This document shows positions 53,208 to 62,454 of a stretch of 64,000 bases of DNA, in pieces. Position 1 is the first letter of the stretch, and every line of letters starts with the position of its first letter. The notes under the pieces were generated by a model. The model was not told where the DNA came from and searched no databases. It worked only from the letters and a program-made list of their open reading frames with translations. Source of the DNA: Bryobacterales bacterium (GTDB lineage: Bacteria; Acidobacteriota; Terriglobia; Bryobacterales; UBA6623); assembly GCA_965204095.1 (NCBI GenBank), contig OZ241991.1:1360290-1424289 (forward strand), read 5' to 3'. The position numbers and the translations under genes were made by a program.

Positions 53208-55190
53208 ATGGCATTTCGGCTGGCGTCGTCATACGAACCCCGCGGAGATCAGGGTGCGGCCATCGAGCAGCTCATCAGGGGAGTCAACGACGGCGAACCG
53301 CACCAAGTCCTGTTAGGCGTCACGGGATCAGGCAAGACCTACACCATGGCGAAGGTGATCGAGGGCACGCAGCGGCCCACGCTCGTCATGGCCCACAACA
53401 AGACGCTGGCGGCGCAACTCTATCACGAGTTTCGAAACTTCTTTCCCGATAATGCGGTCGAGTACTTCGTCAGCTACTACGACTACTATCAGCCCGAAGC
53501 CTACCTGCCTGCCTCGCAAACCTACATCGAGAAGGAAGCAACGATCAATGACGAATTGGACAAACTGCGCCTCTCAGCCACACGCTCATTGTTCGAGCGG
53601 CGCGACTGTCTGATCGTCGCAAGCGTGAGTTGCATCTACGGTCTCGGATCGCCGGACGCTTACTATGGCATGCTTTTGATGCTCGAAAAGGGCGCGCAAA
53701 TCTCACGTGAAGAGATTACCCGCCAGTTAGTCAAGATCCTCTATCAACGGCGCGACGGCGAGTTCAAGCGCGGCACGTTCCGCGTCATCGGCGACGTTAT
53801 CGAGGTCTTCCCGACCTACGACGACTATGCCTGCCGCATCGAACTGTGGGGCGACGAAATCGAGAGCCTGTCGCAGATCGATCCGCTATTCGGCCAGGTG
53901 CGGCAGACCTTCCTGCGCGTGCCTATCTACCCCGCAAGTCATTACGTCATGTCGGACGACACGAAGAAGGGAGCGATCGAGAACATCCTGGCGGAGTTGA
54001 ACGAATGGAACGCTGAGCAACACAGGGTCGGCAAACCGCTCGAGGCGCAGCGGCTGTCACAGCGCACCTTATTCGATATCGAAATGATTCGCGAAGTGGG
54101 CTACTGCCACGGGATCGAGAACTACTCCCGGCACTTCTCGGGCCGACAGCCGGGCGAACCGCCGCCGACGCTTCTGGACTATCTTCCCCAGGACGCCATG
54201 GTCTTCATCGACGAAAGTCATCAAACCATTCCTCAGGTCCGTGGCATGTATCACGGCGACCGTTCCCGAAAGACCGTACTGGTCGAGCACGGGTTTCGGC
54301 TGCCCAGCGCATTGGACAACCGTCCGTTGACCTTCGATGAGTTCGAGTTACGCGTTCATCAAGTCGTGTATGTTTCGGCAACTCCCGGCCCCTACGATCT
54401 GACGAAGTCGGCGGGCGTCGTCGTCGAGCAGATCATCAGACCTACCGGCCTGATCGATCCCGAAGTTGAGGTACGGCCCGTCAAGAGCCAAGTCGACGAT
54501 CTGCTGGCCGAGATAAGAAACCGCGCGGAGAAAAACGAGAGGGTCCTCGTTACGACACTCACCAAACGCATGGCGGAGGATCTCTCGGAGTATTATCACG
54601 AGGCCGGCGTACGGTGCCGCTACCTGCATTCCGAGATCGACACTCTTGAAAGGGTCAAGCATCTGCGGGACCTGCGCCGGGGAGAATACGACGTACTCAT
54701 TGGAGTCAACCTGCTCCGGGAAGGCCTCGATCTACCCGAAGTGTCGCTTGTCGCGATTCTCGACGCCGACAAGGAGGGATTCCTTCGGTCGGCAGGTTCG
54801 CTGATCCAGACCATCGGACGGGCCGCGCGTAACGTTCATGGCAAGGCGATTCTTTACGCCGATCACATGACCGACAGCATGAAGCAGGCGATCGGCGAAA
54901 CCGAGCGTCGCCGCGCGCTCCAGCGGCAGTACAACGACGCCCACAACATTACGCCGCAGACCATCTCGAAGCCTGTGGACATGAGCCTGGCGCACATCGT
55001 CGAGGCGGACTACCATACGGTACCCTCCGAAGAGGACAGCGCCCGGATGCCCGAATCCGCACAGGAGATGGAGAAGCTGCTCGAGAAGCTCGACAAGCAG
55101 ATGAAAGAGGCCGCCAAGGTATTCGAGTTCGAGAAAGCAGCGAAGATCCGCGACCGAATCAAGTCGCTGAAAACAAGGAAACTATTGTGA
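53208..55190 (+). CDS. uvrB: excinuclease ABC subunit B
   Basis: [22 protein letters not shown]...[14 protein letters not shown] (Walker A)...C-terminal UVR domain ([17 protein letters not shown]). 660 aa. Confidence 0.97.
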   Translation: MAFRLASSYEPRGDQGAAIEQLIRGVNDGEPHQVLLGVTGSGKTYTMAKVIEGTQRPTLVMAHNKTLAAQLYHEFRNFFPDNAVEYFVSYYDYYQPEAYLPASQTYIEKEATINDELDKLRLSATRSLFERRDCLIVASVSCIYGLGSPDAYYGMLLMLEKGAQISREEITRQLVKILYQRRDGEFKRGTFRVIGDVIEVFPTYDDYACRIELWGDEIESLSQIDPLFGQVRQTFLRVPIYPASHYVMSDDTKKGAIENILAELNEWNAEQHRVGKPLEAQRLSQRTLFDIEMIREVGYCHGIENYSRHFSGRQPGEPPPTLLDYLPQDAMVFIDESHQTIPQVRGMYHGDRSRKTVLVEHGFRLPSALDNRPLTFDEFELRVHQVVYVSATPGPYDLTKSAGVVVEQIIRPTGLIDPEVEVRPVKSQVDDLLAEIRNRAEKNERVLVTTLTKRMAEDLSEYYHEAGVRCRYLHSEIDTLERVKHLRDLRRGEYDVLIGVNLLREGLDLPEVSLVAILDADKEGFLRSAGSLIQTIGRAARNVHGKAILYADHMTDSMKQAIGETERRRALQRQYNDAHNITPQTISKPVDMSLAHIVEADYHTVPSEEDSARMPESAQEMEKLLEKLDKQMKEAAKVFEFEKAAKIRDRIKSLKTRKLL

Positions 55191-55375
55191 ACCGTGGAAG
55201 CCAACCGTTGATTCGACCTGTTTCGAACGGACCGAACAGAGCCGGAAGAGCCTTGATTCAGCAAACTCTTCCGTACACAGTGCTCATTGGGAGCGGTGCT
55301 CTCAGCCAAACCACCAACAGACCTTGTTTCCGGCTTTGCCGAGCGGCCCCGGCAAGGAGGTTCAGCGGCTTGTCG

Positions 55376-55696
55376 ATGATCGGTAAGTTCCTTCAGCTCG
55401 GGACGTTGATCATCACCATTTCCAGTATCGTCGGCGCCGAGGCGGCCGAGCGACTCGATCTGAATACCGTCACCGCGGCGCAGTTGCGGGCGCTACCGGG
55501 TATCGGGCCCGAACGGGCTGAGATGATCCTGCGCGTACGTAATAAAAGCGGTCCGTTCCGGTCCATCGAGGAGTTGATCGCGATTCCCCGACTCACCCGC
55601 CGTCAGTTCGAGCGGCTCAAGAAAAAACTCTTCGTTGATCAAGAGAGGCTTGAACCGCTACGCCCAAGCCCACCTGCCACAGTGCGCTCCGGCTAG
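55376..55696 (+). CDS. ComEA-like helix-hairpin-helix DNA-binding protein
   Basis: TM/signal segment, then LNTVTAAQLRALPGIGPERAEMILRVRNKSGPFRSIEELIAIPRL (HhH). Alternative TTG start at 55370, 9 nt after AGGAGG. The stop TAG (55694-55696) lies in the TSD of MITE copy 10. Confidence 0.8.
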   Translation: MIGKFLQLGTLIITISSIVGAEAAERLDLNTVTAAQLRALPGIGPERAEMILRVRNKSGPFRSIEELIAIPRLTRRQFERLKKKLFVDQERLEPLRPSPPATVRSG

Positions 55697-55894
55697 CCTG
55701 CATTTCTCACCACCCGACGGTCGAAGCACGCGATACGATCGCCATGACTTCGCTTCTCCTTCGCGACGCTTGCTTGCCGTGCTCAACATACTGTTCAAGT
55801 ACGCCTGCGCGCGCCTTTTTCCTCCGCCCGGCTTGCGCCTAGTCCTGACGGCCCTCTCACGCACTTCGCCTCGCTAGGTGGTGAGAAATGCAGG
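55697..55894 (-). mobile_element. MITE copy 10 (subfamily B variant, 198 bp)
   Basis: Flanks CTAG (55693-55696) / CTAA (55895-55898). Each flank supplies the stop codon of one of two convergent genes. It lacks the AAGCGGCTCGCGCC segment, as does copy 4. Confidence 0.9.
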
Positions 55895-56623
55895 CTAAAG
55901 CACCGGGCGCGTAAACGACTCGGATTCAAGTGCTTCCGGCGTAATGCGAATCGAGTGGATCGCCCCTTTGAACCAGAACACACGGTTCAATCGGACGCCG
56001 ATCGAGGTCCTTCCTCCCTCGAGGGGCGTAAAGGGAATCTCCGCCGACAGCTCCAGTTTGCCGTCAACATAGTTCTTGAGCCGACCGTCGTCGACGACAT
56101 AGGCAAGGTGATACCAGCGATCAGCCGGGTGCAGCAACTCCGGATCGATCAGGGCCTTGTTGGCATCCCCCTTCTGAACAAAGCTGTCCAGATACCACCG
56201 GCCCTCCTCAGTGACGCGTGTTTCCAGCAGCGCTCGATCGCCATCCGCAAAGCCGAAATGCAGAAAGCGCTGCTCCGGCGGTCCGTCGGAGGCGGGAAGG
56301 AACACCACTTCGAGGGTGAATGTGCGGAGACCTTGCAGCGGGTTCCCGTCGAGAAAGAACGCGTCGTCCTCGCCATCGAAAAGGACCGCCGGGCCGGCAG
56401 GGCTGTCCGTGAGAGTCGGTTCGCTCGACATCGAGAGACCGACGGGCGGTGTCTCGAGAAAGTCCTTCAATACCCAGCTCACCGGCTCGGGATCAGCAAC
56501 GGTCTCCGGCTCAGGAATGGAGCCGCAAGCCCATGACAGGGCGGCAATCCCCAAGGCGCTGCCATATTTCCAAACAGAAGTTGACGGGGAACCGCATTGG
56601 CGGCGTCTGGTCGTGGATCTCAT
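55895..56623 (-). CDS. LamG/concanavalin-A-like lectin domain lipoprotein
   Basis: ...AALSWACGS lipobox. FDGEDDAFFLDGNPL...FTLEVVF...RWYHLAYVVDDGRLKNYVDGKL...FKGAIHSIRIT is a typical Laminin_G_3-like pattern. Confidence 0.8.
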   Translation of the reverse strand: MRSTTRRRQCGSPSTSVWKYGSALGIAALSWACGSIPEPETVADPEPVSWVLKDFLETPPVGLSMSSEPTLTDSPAGPAVLFDGEDDAFFLDGNPLQGLRTFTLEVVFLPASDGPPEQRFLHFGFADGDRALLETRVTEEGRWYLDSFVQKGDANKALIDPELLHPADRWYHLAYVVDDGRLKNYVDGKLELSAEIPFTPLEGGRTSIGVRLNRVFWFKGAIHSIRITPEALESESFTRPVL

Positions 56624-56638
56624 GGCGGCCTATTCTAA

Positions 56639-56815
56639 CCTGCATTTCTCACCACCCGACGGTCGAAGCACACGATACGACCGCCAGGACTTCGTTGCGC
56701 TTGCTTGCCGTGCTCAACGTACTGTTCAAGTACGCCTGCGCGCGCCAAGCGGCTCGCGCCTCGTCCTGACGGCCCTCTCACGCACTTCGCCTCGCCACGT
56801 GGTGAGACATGCAGG
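56639..56815 (-). mobile_element. MITE copy 11 (subfamily A, 177 bp)
   Basis: Perfect TSD CTAA (56635-56638) / CTAA (56816-56819). Only 11 nt separate the TSD from the LamG start codon. Confidence 0.9.
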
Positions 56816-56869
56816 CTAACCGTTGACGATCTCGATGATCTGAGGTGTTTGTGACAACCCCGCAGCTTT

Positions 56870-58009
56870 TCAACGCGCGACCATCGTGTCCTCGACCACC
56901 TTTTCGACCGCTTGCAAAAGCTCGCGGGCACTTCGGATGCGGAACTGCGAACCGCCCCACTCCCTGACGGCTTTGCCCAAAGTGGTATTCCACGGATGCC
57001 AGGCAAAATTGAAGTAGAACACCGGAGCGCGCGGCGGGTCGAGTTGCGTGACGCGCTCCTTGGGAATCTTTTTGCCTTCCCAATGCTCGTAGCCAATAAA
57101 AACGATCGCATCCGCACGGTCATCGTTCCGTAACTCATCGGACAGCAGCTCTTCAATAAAGTTCGACTCGCTGTCCCGGGCCAAGTCGCGGAAGTCCACG
57201 GTTGCCGGAGCCAGTTTTCGTACCGCGCTGCCCATCGCCTGAAAGTCGAAGTCGTCGCCATAGTCCGAGCGGTAGAGGATTTTCTGATCTTCCTGGCTGT
57301 ATGCAACCAGAGCAAATTCCCCGAATTCCGGCCGCCGGAACAGATTGCGCATCACGGCCACCATCGGCGCGATCAGCCAGGGGCGCACGGTGGCCCGCCG
57401 CCTCGACCCCGTATCCAGATTGAGGAACACCTTGAGATGCAAATCGCCTCCGGCCAGCGATCGATCGACAGCTTCTTCCTGACGGAACAGGTATGTCCGA
57501 GCCGGTCTGATTTCTCCTGGTTCCAGAGCCAAAGGAACGTTGCGGTCCCGCCGCCCTCGCTTGCCCTCGACATTCCAAGCCACGGAGCAATAGCGCCCGA
57601 ACCGCTCGGTCAGATGCCAAGTCGCGCGATATGACCCCTCTCCCACGGCAAATGATCCACTCATTTCCACCGTTCCCTTGACGGTCTCCGGCACGGCCCC
57701 GGTCTCGACGAACTGCTCGATCGTCTCCGGTTGGGCGCTCTCGGGAGATATCGGCTCAACGACAAGCTGCATCCTCCAGACGGTCTCCGGCCCGATCAAC
57801 TCCTTGAAGGGAATCTCAACCCAGTAGCCGGTATGCAATCGGAACTCCAGGTCCAGGCGCGGCTTGAATTTCTTGACCTTGCAAGAAAGCTGCCTGGTTC
57901 GGACGAAGGTGAGGTCGGGCCGCTGCTCCAGTTCGCGAATCAACGTCGCGTTGCCGGCTTGTCCGAGCACCGCCGTTGCGCCAAGGCAAACCACGATAGC
58001 CAGACGCAT
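56870..58009 (-). CDS. secreted hypothetical protein
   Basis: Re-set start MRLAIVVCLGATAVLGQAG (58009). The track start (58180) reads out of a decayed MITE. No family recognised (a VWA-like idea is not supported). Confidence 0.7.
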   Translation of the reverse strand: MRLAIVVCLGATAVLGQAGNATLIRELEQRPDLTFVRTRQLSCKVKKFKPRLDLEFRLHTGYWVEIPFKELIGPETVWRMQLVVEPISPESAQPETIEQFVETGAVPETVKGTVEMSGSFAVGEGSYRATWHLTERFGRYCSVAWNVEGKRGRRDRNVPLALEPGEIRPARTYLFRQEEAVDRSLAGGDLHLKVFLNLDTGSRRRATVRPWLIAPMVAVMRNLFRRPEFGEFALVAYSQEDQKILYRSDYGDDFDFQAMGSAVRKLAPATVDFRDLARDSESNFIEELLSDELRNDDRADAIVFIGYEHWEGKKIPKERVTQLDPPRAPVFYFNFAWHPWNTTLGKAVREWGGSQFRIRSARELLQAVEKVVEDTMVAR

Positions 58010-58054
58010 CAACCGGGCAACAGCCACTCCTTGAGCGGTCGGATGCTCCGGCTC

Positions 58055-58184
58055 ACTCTTCTCCTCACCATGCGAGACAAGGAGCCTGACAAGGCCGTCA
58101 GGACAAAGCGAGAGCGGCTTTGCGCGTGAAGGCGCGCCTGATAGCAGATCGAGCACGGCAAGCAAGCGCAACGAAGTCATGACG
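58055..58184 (+). mobile_element. decayed, truncated MITE relic
   Basis: ...CTCACCATGCGAGACAAGG..GGCCGTCAGGAC..GAGCACGGCAAGCAAGCGCAACGAAGTCATGACG aligns to the left two-thirds of the MITE consensus at roughly 75 percent identity. Both termini are missing. Confidence 0.6.
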
Positions 58185-58449
58185 TTAGTGCCAGAGAGGT
58201 CGGTGATTCCTGATTAGCGACCCTTTACCCCTCCCCTTCAGAAAACGCTGGTCACTGGAAACTGCCTACTAATGTCAAATAGCCTTACGGCGCGCTTCGA
58301 CCATCAACGAAGGGGAAGCAGGATAGTCTCGATCTTCGAGAACAAATCATTGCGGGGGCGGAGCCGACGAGTACGGACAGAACCTCACGAAACCGTCCTA
58401 TAGACGGCCGCGCCGCCGTTGCGTTTCATCCTGGTCGCGCTGGCCGAAT

Positions 58450-60468
58450 TCATGCCCGACGACGGTTGGGTAACCGCGATTCCGGATCCCAGATGATCTC
58501 GCACTCAGGAAGCACGGCCTTGAGCCGCTCGTGACCCTCCTCGGTAATGAGCGTGTGATACACATTGAGAAGCTCAAGCCGCTTAAACCGCCCCAACAGC
58601 CGCACGCCACGATTGGTTACATAGGTATTATCGAGGTTCAGGACACGAAGTTCCGCGAGCGCTTCCAGATGGCACAGCCCGTCATCGGTGACATCCGTGT
58701 GCTCGAGATTCAAGTGCTTCAACCGGGTCAACTCCCCGACGATTTCCAGGCCAGCGTCCGTGACGCGGGTACGCAGGAGGTCCAGTCCTTCCAACTTCGT
58801 CAGAGCGCTGAGGTGGGTTAGTCCGTCATCGGTGAACCGCCCGTACTTCAGAGACAAGCTTCGCAGGTTCGTCAGCGACTTCAGGCTAGCCATCCCCTCG
58901 TCACCGATGTCGACGCTTGTCAAGTCCAGTCGTTCAAGACCTTTCAGCTTCTCCAGATGACGCATGCCCTGGTCGGTAACATCGGTGTATGCGAGACCCA
59001 GGTCTTCAAGCCAGGTCACCTGGCTCAACAACGCCAGCCCGTGGTCATTGATCGGCGAGCCGTTCAACGTCAGGCTGCGCAGCGCGGTCGAATGCAATAG
59101 ATGGGAAAGCCCCTCTCCCTCGACGTAGGTGTTCCGCAGCGACAGGTTTTGCAGGTTCGACAAACCCGCGAGATGACGCAGCCCCTGATCGGAAACGGTC
59201 GTGTTGTCGAGACGCAACTCGCGCAAGCCCCGCAACCCGGCCACGTACTGAAGGCCAAGGTCACCCACCTCCGTCGCTCCCAGATCGAGTTTCCGTAAAT
59301 TCGGAAGATTCTTCAGATGAGCCAACTCCGTGTCGCTCATGGCCGTCGAGAGCAGTGAGAGCGAAACCAGTCTGCCTGCTTGAAGGGAGGCTTCCCCGCC
59401 CCACTTCCGAACCCAAGCAGCCACCGACTCTCCGTCGCCGGCCACGGGAGGTTCCGGATTCCGACTGAGTCGCGGCGGCCGGAGTGAGACGTCAAGGAAG
59501 ACGATTCGGGCGCTCGGCAACGCCGCCCGTAGCCGCTCTACGCCCGCTTGCGTAACCCGCGTGTAGCGCAAATCGATTTCGCGAAGGCCGGTCAACCCGC
59601 GCAGCTTCGCCAGACCCGCATTGCTGATCTTCGTTCGATAAAGATTCAACTCCTCGATCGCCGTAAGTCCCTGCAAGTAGTCGAGCCCGACATCGGTCAG
59701 TGCCGTCCCCATCAGATTGAGCTTGCGCAAACCCCTGAGGCTGCGCAGATTCATGAGTCCCGTGTCGCTGAGATTCGTCCCATGCAGGTCGAGCTCGATC
59801 AATCCCGAGAGGCCAGCCAGCGCGGCTGCTCCTTCATCCGTAATGAATGTGTCGCCCATTCGTAGTCGTCTGAGCGTCTTCAGATCGGCGATCGCGCTCA
59901 GCCCCTCGTCATCGAGCTGAGAAAGGGTGACGTCCAATGACTCCAGCCGCCGAAAGGGCGCCAAAGCATGACCCTTCACTGCCGTCTGCCGAAGAACCAA
60001 CTCCCGCAAGTCGGTCAGCTCGCCGATTGCTTCCAGGCCCTCATCCCTGAACCGGATGTTGTCCAGAAAGTGGTAGCTGAAAGTCAGCTTTTGCAGCGTA
60101 TGGATGCCGGAAAGATGTCCCAATTCGCGGCTGAGTTGCTTGCCGCCGTCGGCATTTCTGTTCCAGATGGGCCCGGGAAGATGGAGCGCCTTCAGCCGCG
60201 ACAGCCCTTTGAGGCGCGCCAAGTCCTCCGGAACGACATTCGTTCCAACGAGATCGATTCCGGTCAACCAGACATCGGACACCGGGAGGCTGTCGGTGTT
60301 CCGAACCCACCCTGACGAGCTTTCCATCTCGACCCCGCCACCCATTGCCAGAGCCCACTCGGCGACGCGCCGGTCAACCTCGGCCGCACCGGAAACACTC
60401 GACGAAAGCAAGGTTGCCAACACTGGAACGAGTAGCCGGCATGCGCGATCTGCGAGAAAAACCGTCAC
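58450..60468 (-). CDS. leucine-rich repeat (RNI-like, ~24-aa repeats) secreted protein
   Basis: More than 20 tandem L..L..L.L..T.(V/I)(T/S)D.GL..L repeats. Signal peptide. GTG start. Confidence 0.85.
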   Translation of the reverse strand: MTVFLADRACRLLVPVLATLLSSSVSGAAEVDRRVAEWALAMGGGVEMESSSGWVRNTDSLPVSDVWLTGIDLVGTNVVPEDLARLKGLSRLKALHLPGPIWNRNADGGKQLSRELGHLSGIHTLQKLTFSYHFLDNIRFRDEGLEAIGELTDLRELVLRQTAVKGHALAPFRRLESLDVTLSQLDDEGLSAIADLKTLRRLRMGDTFITDEGAAALAGLSGLIELDLHGTNLSDTGLMNLRSLRGLRKLNLMGTALTDVGLDYLQGLTAIEELNLYRTKISNAGLAKLRGLTGLREIDLRYTRVTQAGVERLRAALPSARIVFLDVSLRPPRLSRNPEPPVAGDGESVAAWVRKWGGEASLQAGRLVSLSLLSTAMSDTELAHLKNLPNLRKLDLGATEVGDLGLQYVAGLRGLRELRLDNTTVSDQGLRHLAGLSNLQNLSLRNTYVEGEGLSHLLHSTALRSLTLNGSPINDHGLALLSQVTWLEDLGLAYTDVTDQGMRHLEKLKGLERLDLTSVDIGDEGMASLKSLTNLRSLSLKYGRFTDDGLTHLSALTKLEGLDLLRTRVTDAGLEIVGELTRLKHLNLEHTDVTDDGLCHLEALAELRVLNLDNTYVTNRGVRLLGRFKRLELLNVYHTLITEEGHERLKAVLPECEIIWDPESRLPNRRRA

Positions 60469-60516
60469 CAGAAACCTGCCGGAATTGTATCAGGCCACCC
60501 CAGTTCACCCTCCTAG

Positions 60517-60664
60517 CCTGCATTTCTCACCACCCGACGGTCGCAGCACACGATACGACCGCCAGGACTTCGTTGCGCTTGCTTGCCGTGCTCAACGTAC
60601 TGTCAAGTACGCCTGCGCGCGCCAAGCGGCTCGCGCCTTTTTCCTCCGCCCGGCTTGCGCCTAG
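60517..60664 (-). mobile_element. MITE copy 12, left part (interrupted by the IS)
   Basis: Starts with CCTGCATTTCTCACCAC after TSD CTAG (60513-60516). Colinear with copies 8-10 up to ...GGCTTGCGCCTAG (60664). Confidence 0.9.
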
Positions 60665-62398
60665 CCCGGAAATCTCACCAGGGGGTAGGAAAAGGGCTGC
60701 CTGGTGTGGCATAAAACATTTATGTCCAAAACGTTAGCGCCACAAGCCGAAAGCAGCCCTATGACAACAGAGTGTACTCAATGCAGCTTCACCTTCGCCA
60801 AGCATTTTCGGCGCCAGGTGAGCGCCCGCTTCGACGGCGGGGTGATCAGTTCCGACGGCGGCGCGCTGCTGTTGCGCGAGGTGGACCAGCGCATCAACCT
60901 GCTACCGCGCTTGGCGGCCTGCTTCGAGGATGGCCGCGATTCGCGGCGCATCGAACACCGGGTGGGGGAGTTGGTCTCGCAGCGGGTCTACGGACTGGCG
61001 CTGGGATACGAAGACCTCAACGATCACGACGAGTTGCGCCGGGATCCGCTGGTGGCGCTGCTGGTGGGCAAGAGCGACGTGGGCGGGCAGCAGCGCCGCC
61101 GCGAGCGTGACCGCGGCCAGCCGTTGGCGGGCAAGAGCACGTTGCAGCGACTGGAACGAACGAGCGACGGGCTGGACCGCTATAAGAAGATCCGCTGCGA
61201 CAGCGCAGCGATCGACCGCCTGTTGGTGGACGTGTTTGTGGAAGCGCAGCAGCAGGAGCCGGCCGAGATCATTCTCGATATCGACGCCACCGACACCCCT
61301 TTGCATGGGCAACAGGAGGGGCGTTTCTTTCACGGTTACTACCGACACTACTGTTACTTGCCGCTGTACATCTTCAGCGGCGAGCACGTATTGTGCGCGC
61401 GGCAGCGAGTGGCGAATCAGGACGCGGCGGAGGGCAGCGTGGCGGAACTGAAGAGGATCGTGGCGCAGATCCGGGGAGAGTGGCCGGAGGTGAGGATCAT
61501 CGTGCGCGGCGACTCCGGGTTTTGTCGGGACGAGTTGATGGACTGGTGCGAGCAGAACGGAGTGGAGTACGTGTTGGGGCTGGCGCGCAACGAGCGGCTG
61601 CGGTCGCTGATCGACGAGGCCCTCGACGAGGCGGCAAGGCAGCAGCAGCAGACGGGCCGGCCGGCGCGGGTCTTTACGGAGTTTGAGTACCAGACGCTTG
61701 AGAGTTGGAGCCGGGCGCGGCGGGTGGTGGGGAAGGCGGAGCAACTCGTGGGCAAGGAGAATCCGCGCTACGTGGTGACGTCACTGGATGCCGAGAGTTG
61801 GCCGCCGCAACGGTTGTACGAACAACTCTACTGCGAGCGAGGCGAAGCGGAGAACCGCATCAAGGAGCAGTTGAGTCTGTTCGCGGATCGCATGAGCAGC
61901 GAGACGCTGCGGGCCAATCAGTTGCGGCTGCATCTGTCGTCGCTGGCGTATGTGTTGCTGGTGGGGCTGCGGCGGCTGGGGCTGGAGGGCACGCAGTGGG
62001 CGCGGGCCCAGACGGAGACGATCCGGCGGGGGTTGTTGAAGATCGGGGCGCTGGTGAAGGTGAGCGTGCGGCGGGTGCAGCTGTCGCTGGCCAGCGGCTA
62101 TCCCTATGAGGAGGCGTTCGCGGCGGTGTATCGGGCACTGCGTCCGCCGGGATGCGCAACGGTTTGAGAACACCGAGTGAGCCCAAAAACAGCGTTCCTG
62201 GGGCGCTCTGCCGGGGCCGTAGGGCTAAGTGGGTCTGCTGTCGGCAACAACCCCAAAAACGGACGTTGGCGGGTCGCCGGGGGCGGTAGAAAACGCCCCG
62301 TAGCGGCCCTCGTCCCTCCTCCCCGTGAGGATTCCGAGCTTCAGACCCTATTGTGGCCCCTCTCAACCCTTCGCAATGCCGCTGGTGAGAAATGCGGG
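60665..62398 (+). mobile_element. IS1380-family insertion sequence (1,734 bp)
   Basis: Ends CCCGGAAATCTCACCAGG... and ...CTGGTGAGAAATGCGGG (24/35 IR match). Flanked by CTAG (60661-60664) and CTAG (62399-62402). Single transposase ORF. Confidence 0.88.
60722..62167 (+). CDS. IS1380-family DDE transposase
   Basis: FDGGVISSDGGALLLREVDQRINLLPRLAACF...GLALGYEDLNDHDELRRDPL...ILDIDATDTPLHGQQEG..FHGYY... is an N-terminal pattern I recognise from IS1380-type (DDE_Tnp_1-like) transposases. 481 aa from the ATG at 60722. Confidence 0.88.
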   Translation: MSKTLAPQAESSPMTTECTQCSFTFAKHFRRQVSARFDGGVISSDGGALLLREVDQRINLLPRLAACFEDGRDSRRIEHRVGELVSQRVYGLALGYEDLNDHDELRRDPLVALLVGKSDVGGQQRRRERDRGQPLAGKSTLQRLERTSDGLDRYKKIRCDSAAIDRLLVDVFVEAQQQEPAEIILDIDATDTPLHGQQEGRFFHGYYRHYCYLPLYIFSGEHVLCARQRVANQDAAEGSVAELKRIVAQIRGEWPEVRIIVRGDSGFCRDELMDWCEQNGVEYVLGLARNERLRSLIDEALDEAARQQQQTGRPARVFTEFEYQTLESWSRARRVVGKAEQLVGKENPRYVVTSLDAESWPPQRLYEQLYCERGEAENRIKEQLSLFADRMSSETLRANQLRLHLSSLAYVLLVGLRRLGLEGTQWARAQTETIRRGLLKIGALVKVSVRRVQLSLASGYPYEEAFAAVYRALRPPGCATV

Positions 62399-62454
62399 CT
62401 AGTCCTGACGGCCCTCTCACGCACTTCGCCTCACCGCGTGGTGAGACATGCAGG
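62399..62454 (-). mobile_element. MITE copy 12, right part
   Basis: CTAGTCCTGACGGCCCTCTCACGCACTTCGCCTCACCGCGTGGTGAGACATGCAGG, then TSD CTAG (62455-62458). It continues exactly where the left part stops. Confidence 0.9.

Noticed and set aside
56870-58009. VWA-domain / 'VWFA-related acidobacterial domain' annotation for this secreted protein.
   Set aside because: I could not find MIDAS-type (DxSxS) or other diagnostic motifs in the translation, so I left it as hypothetical.
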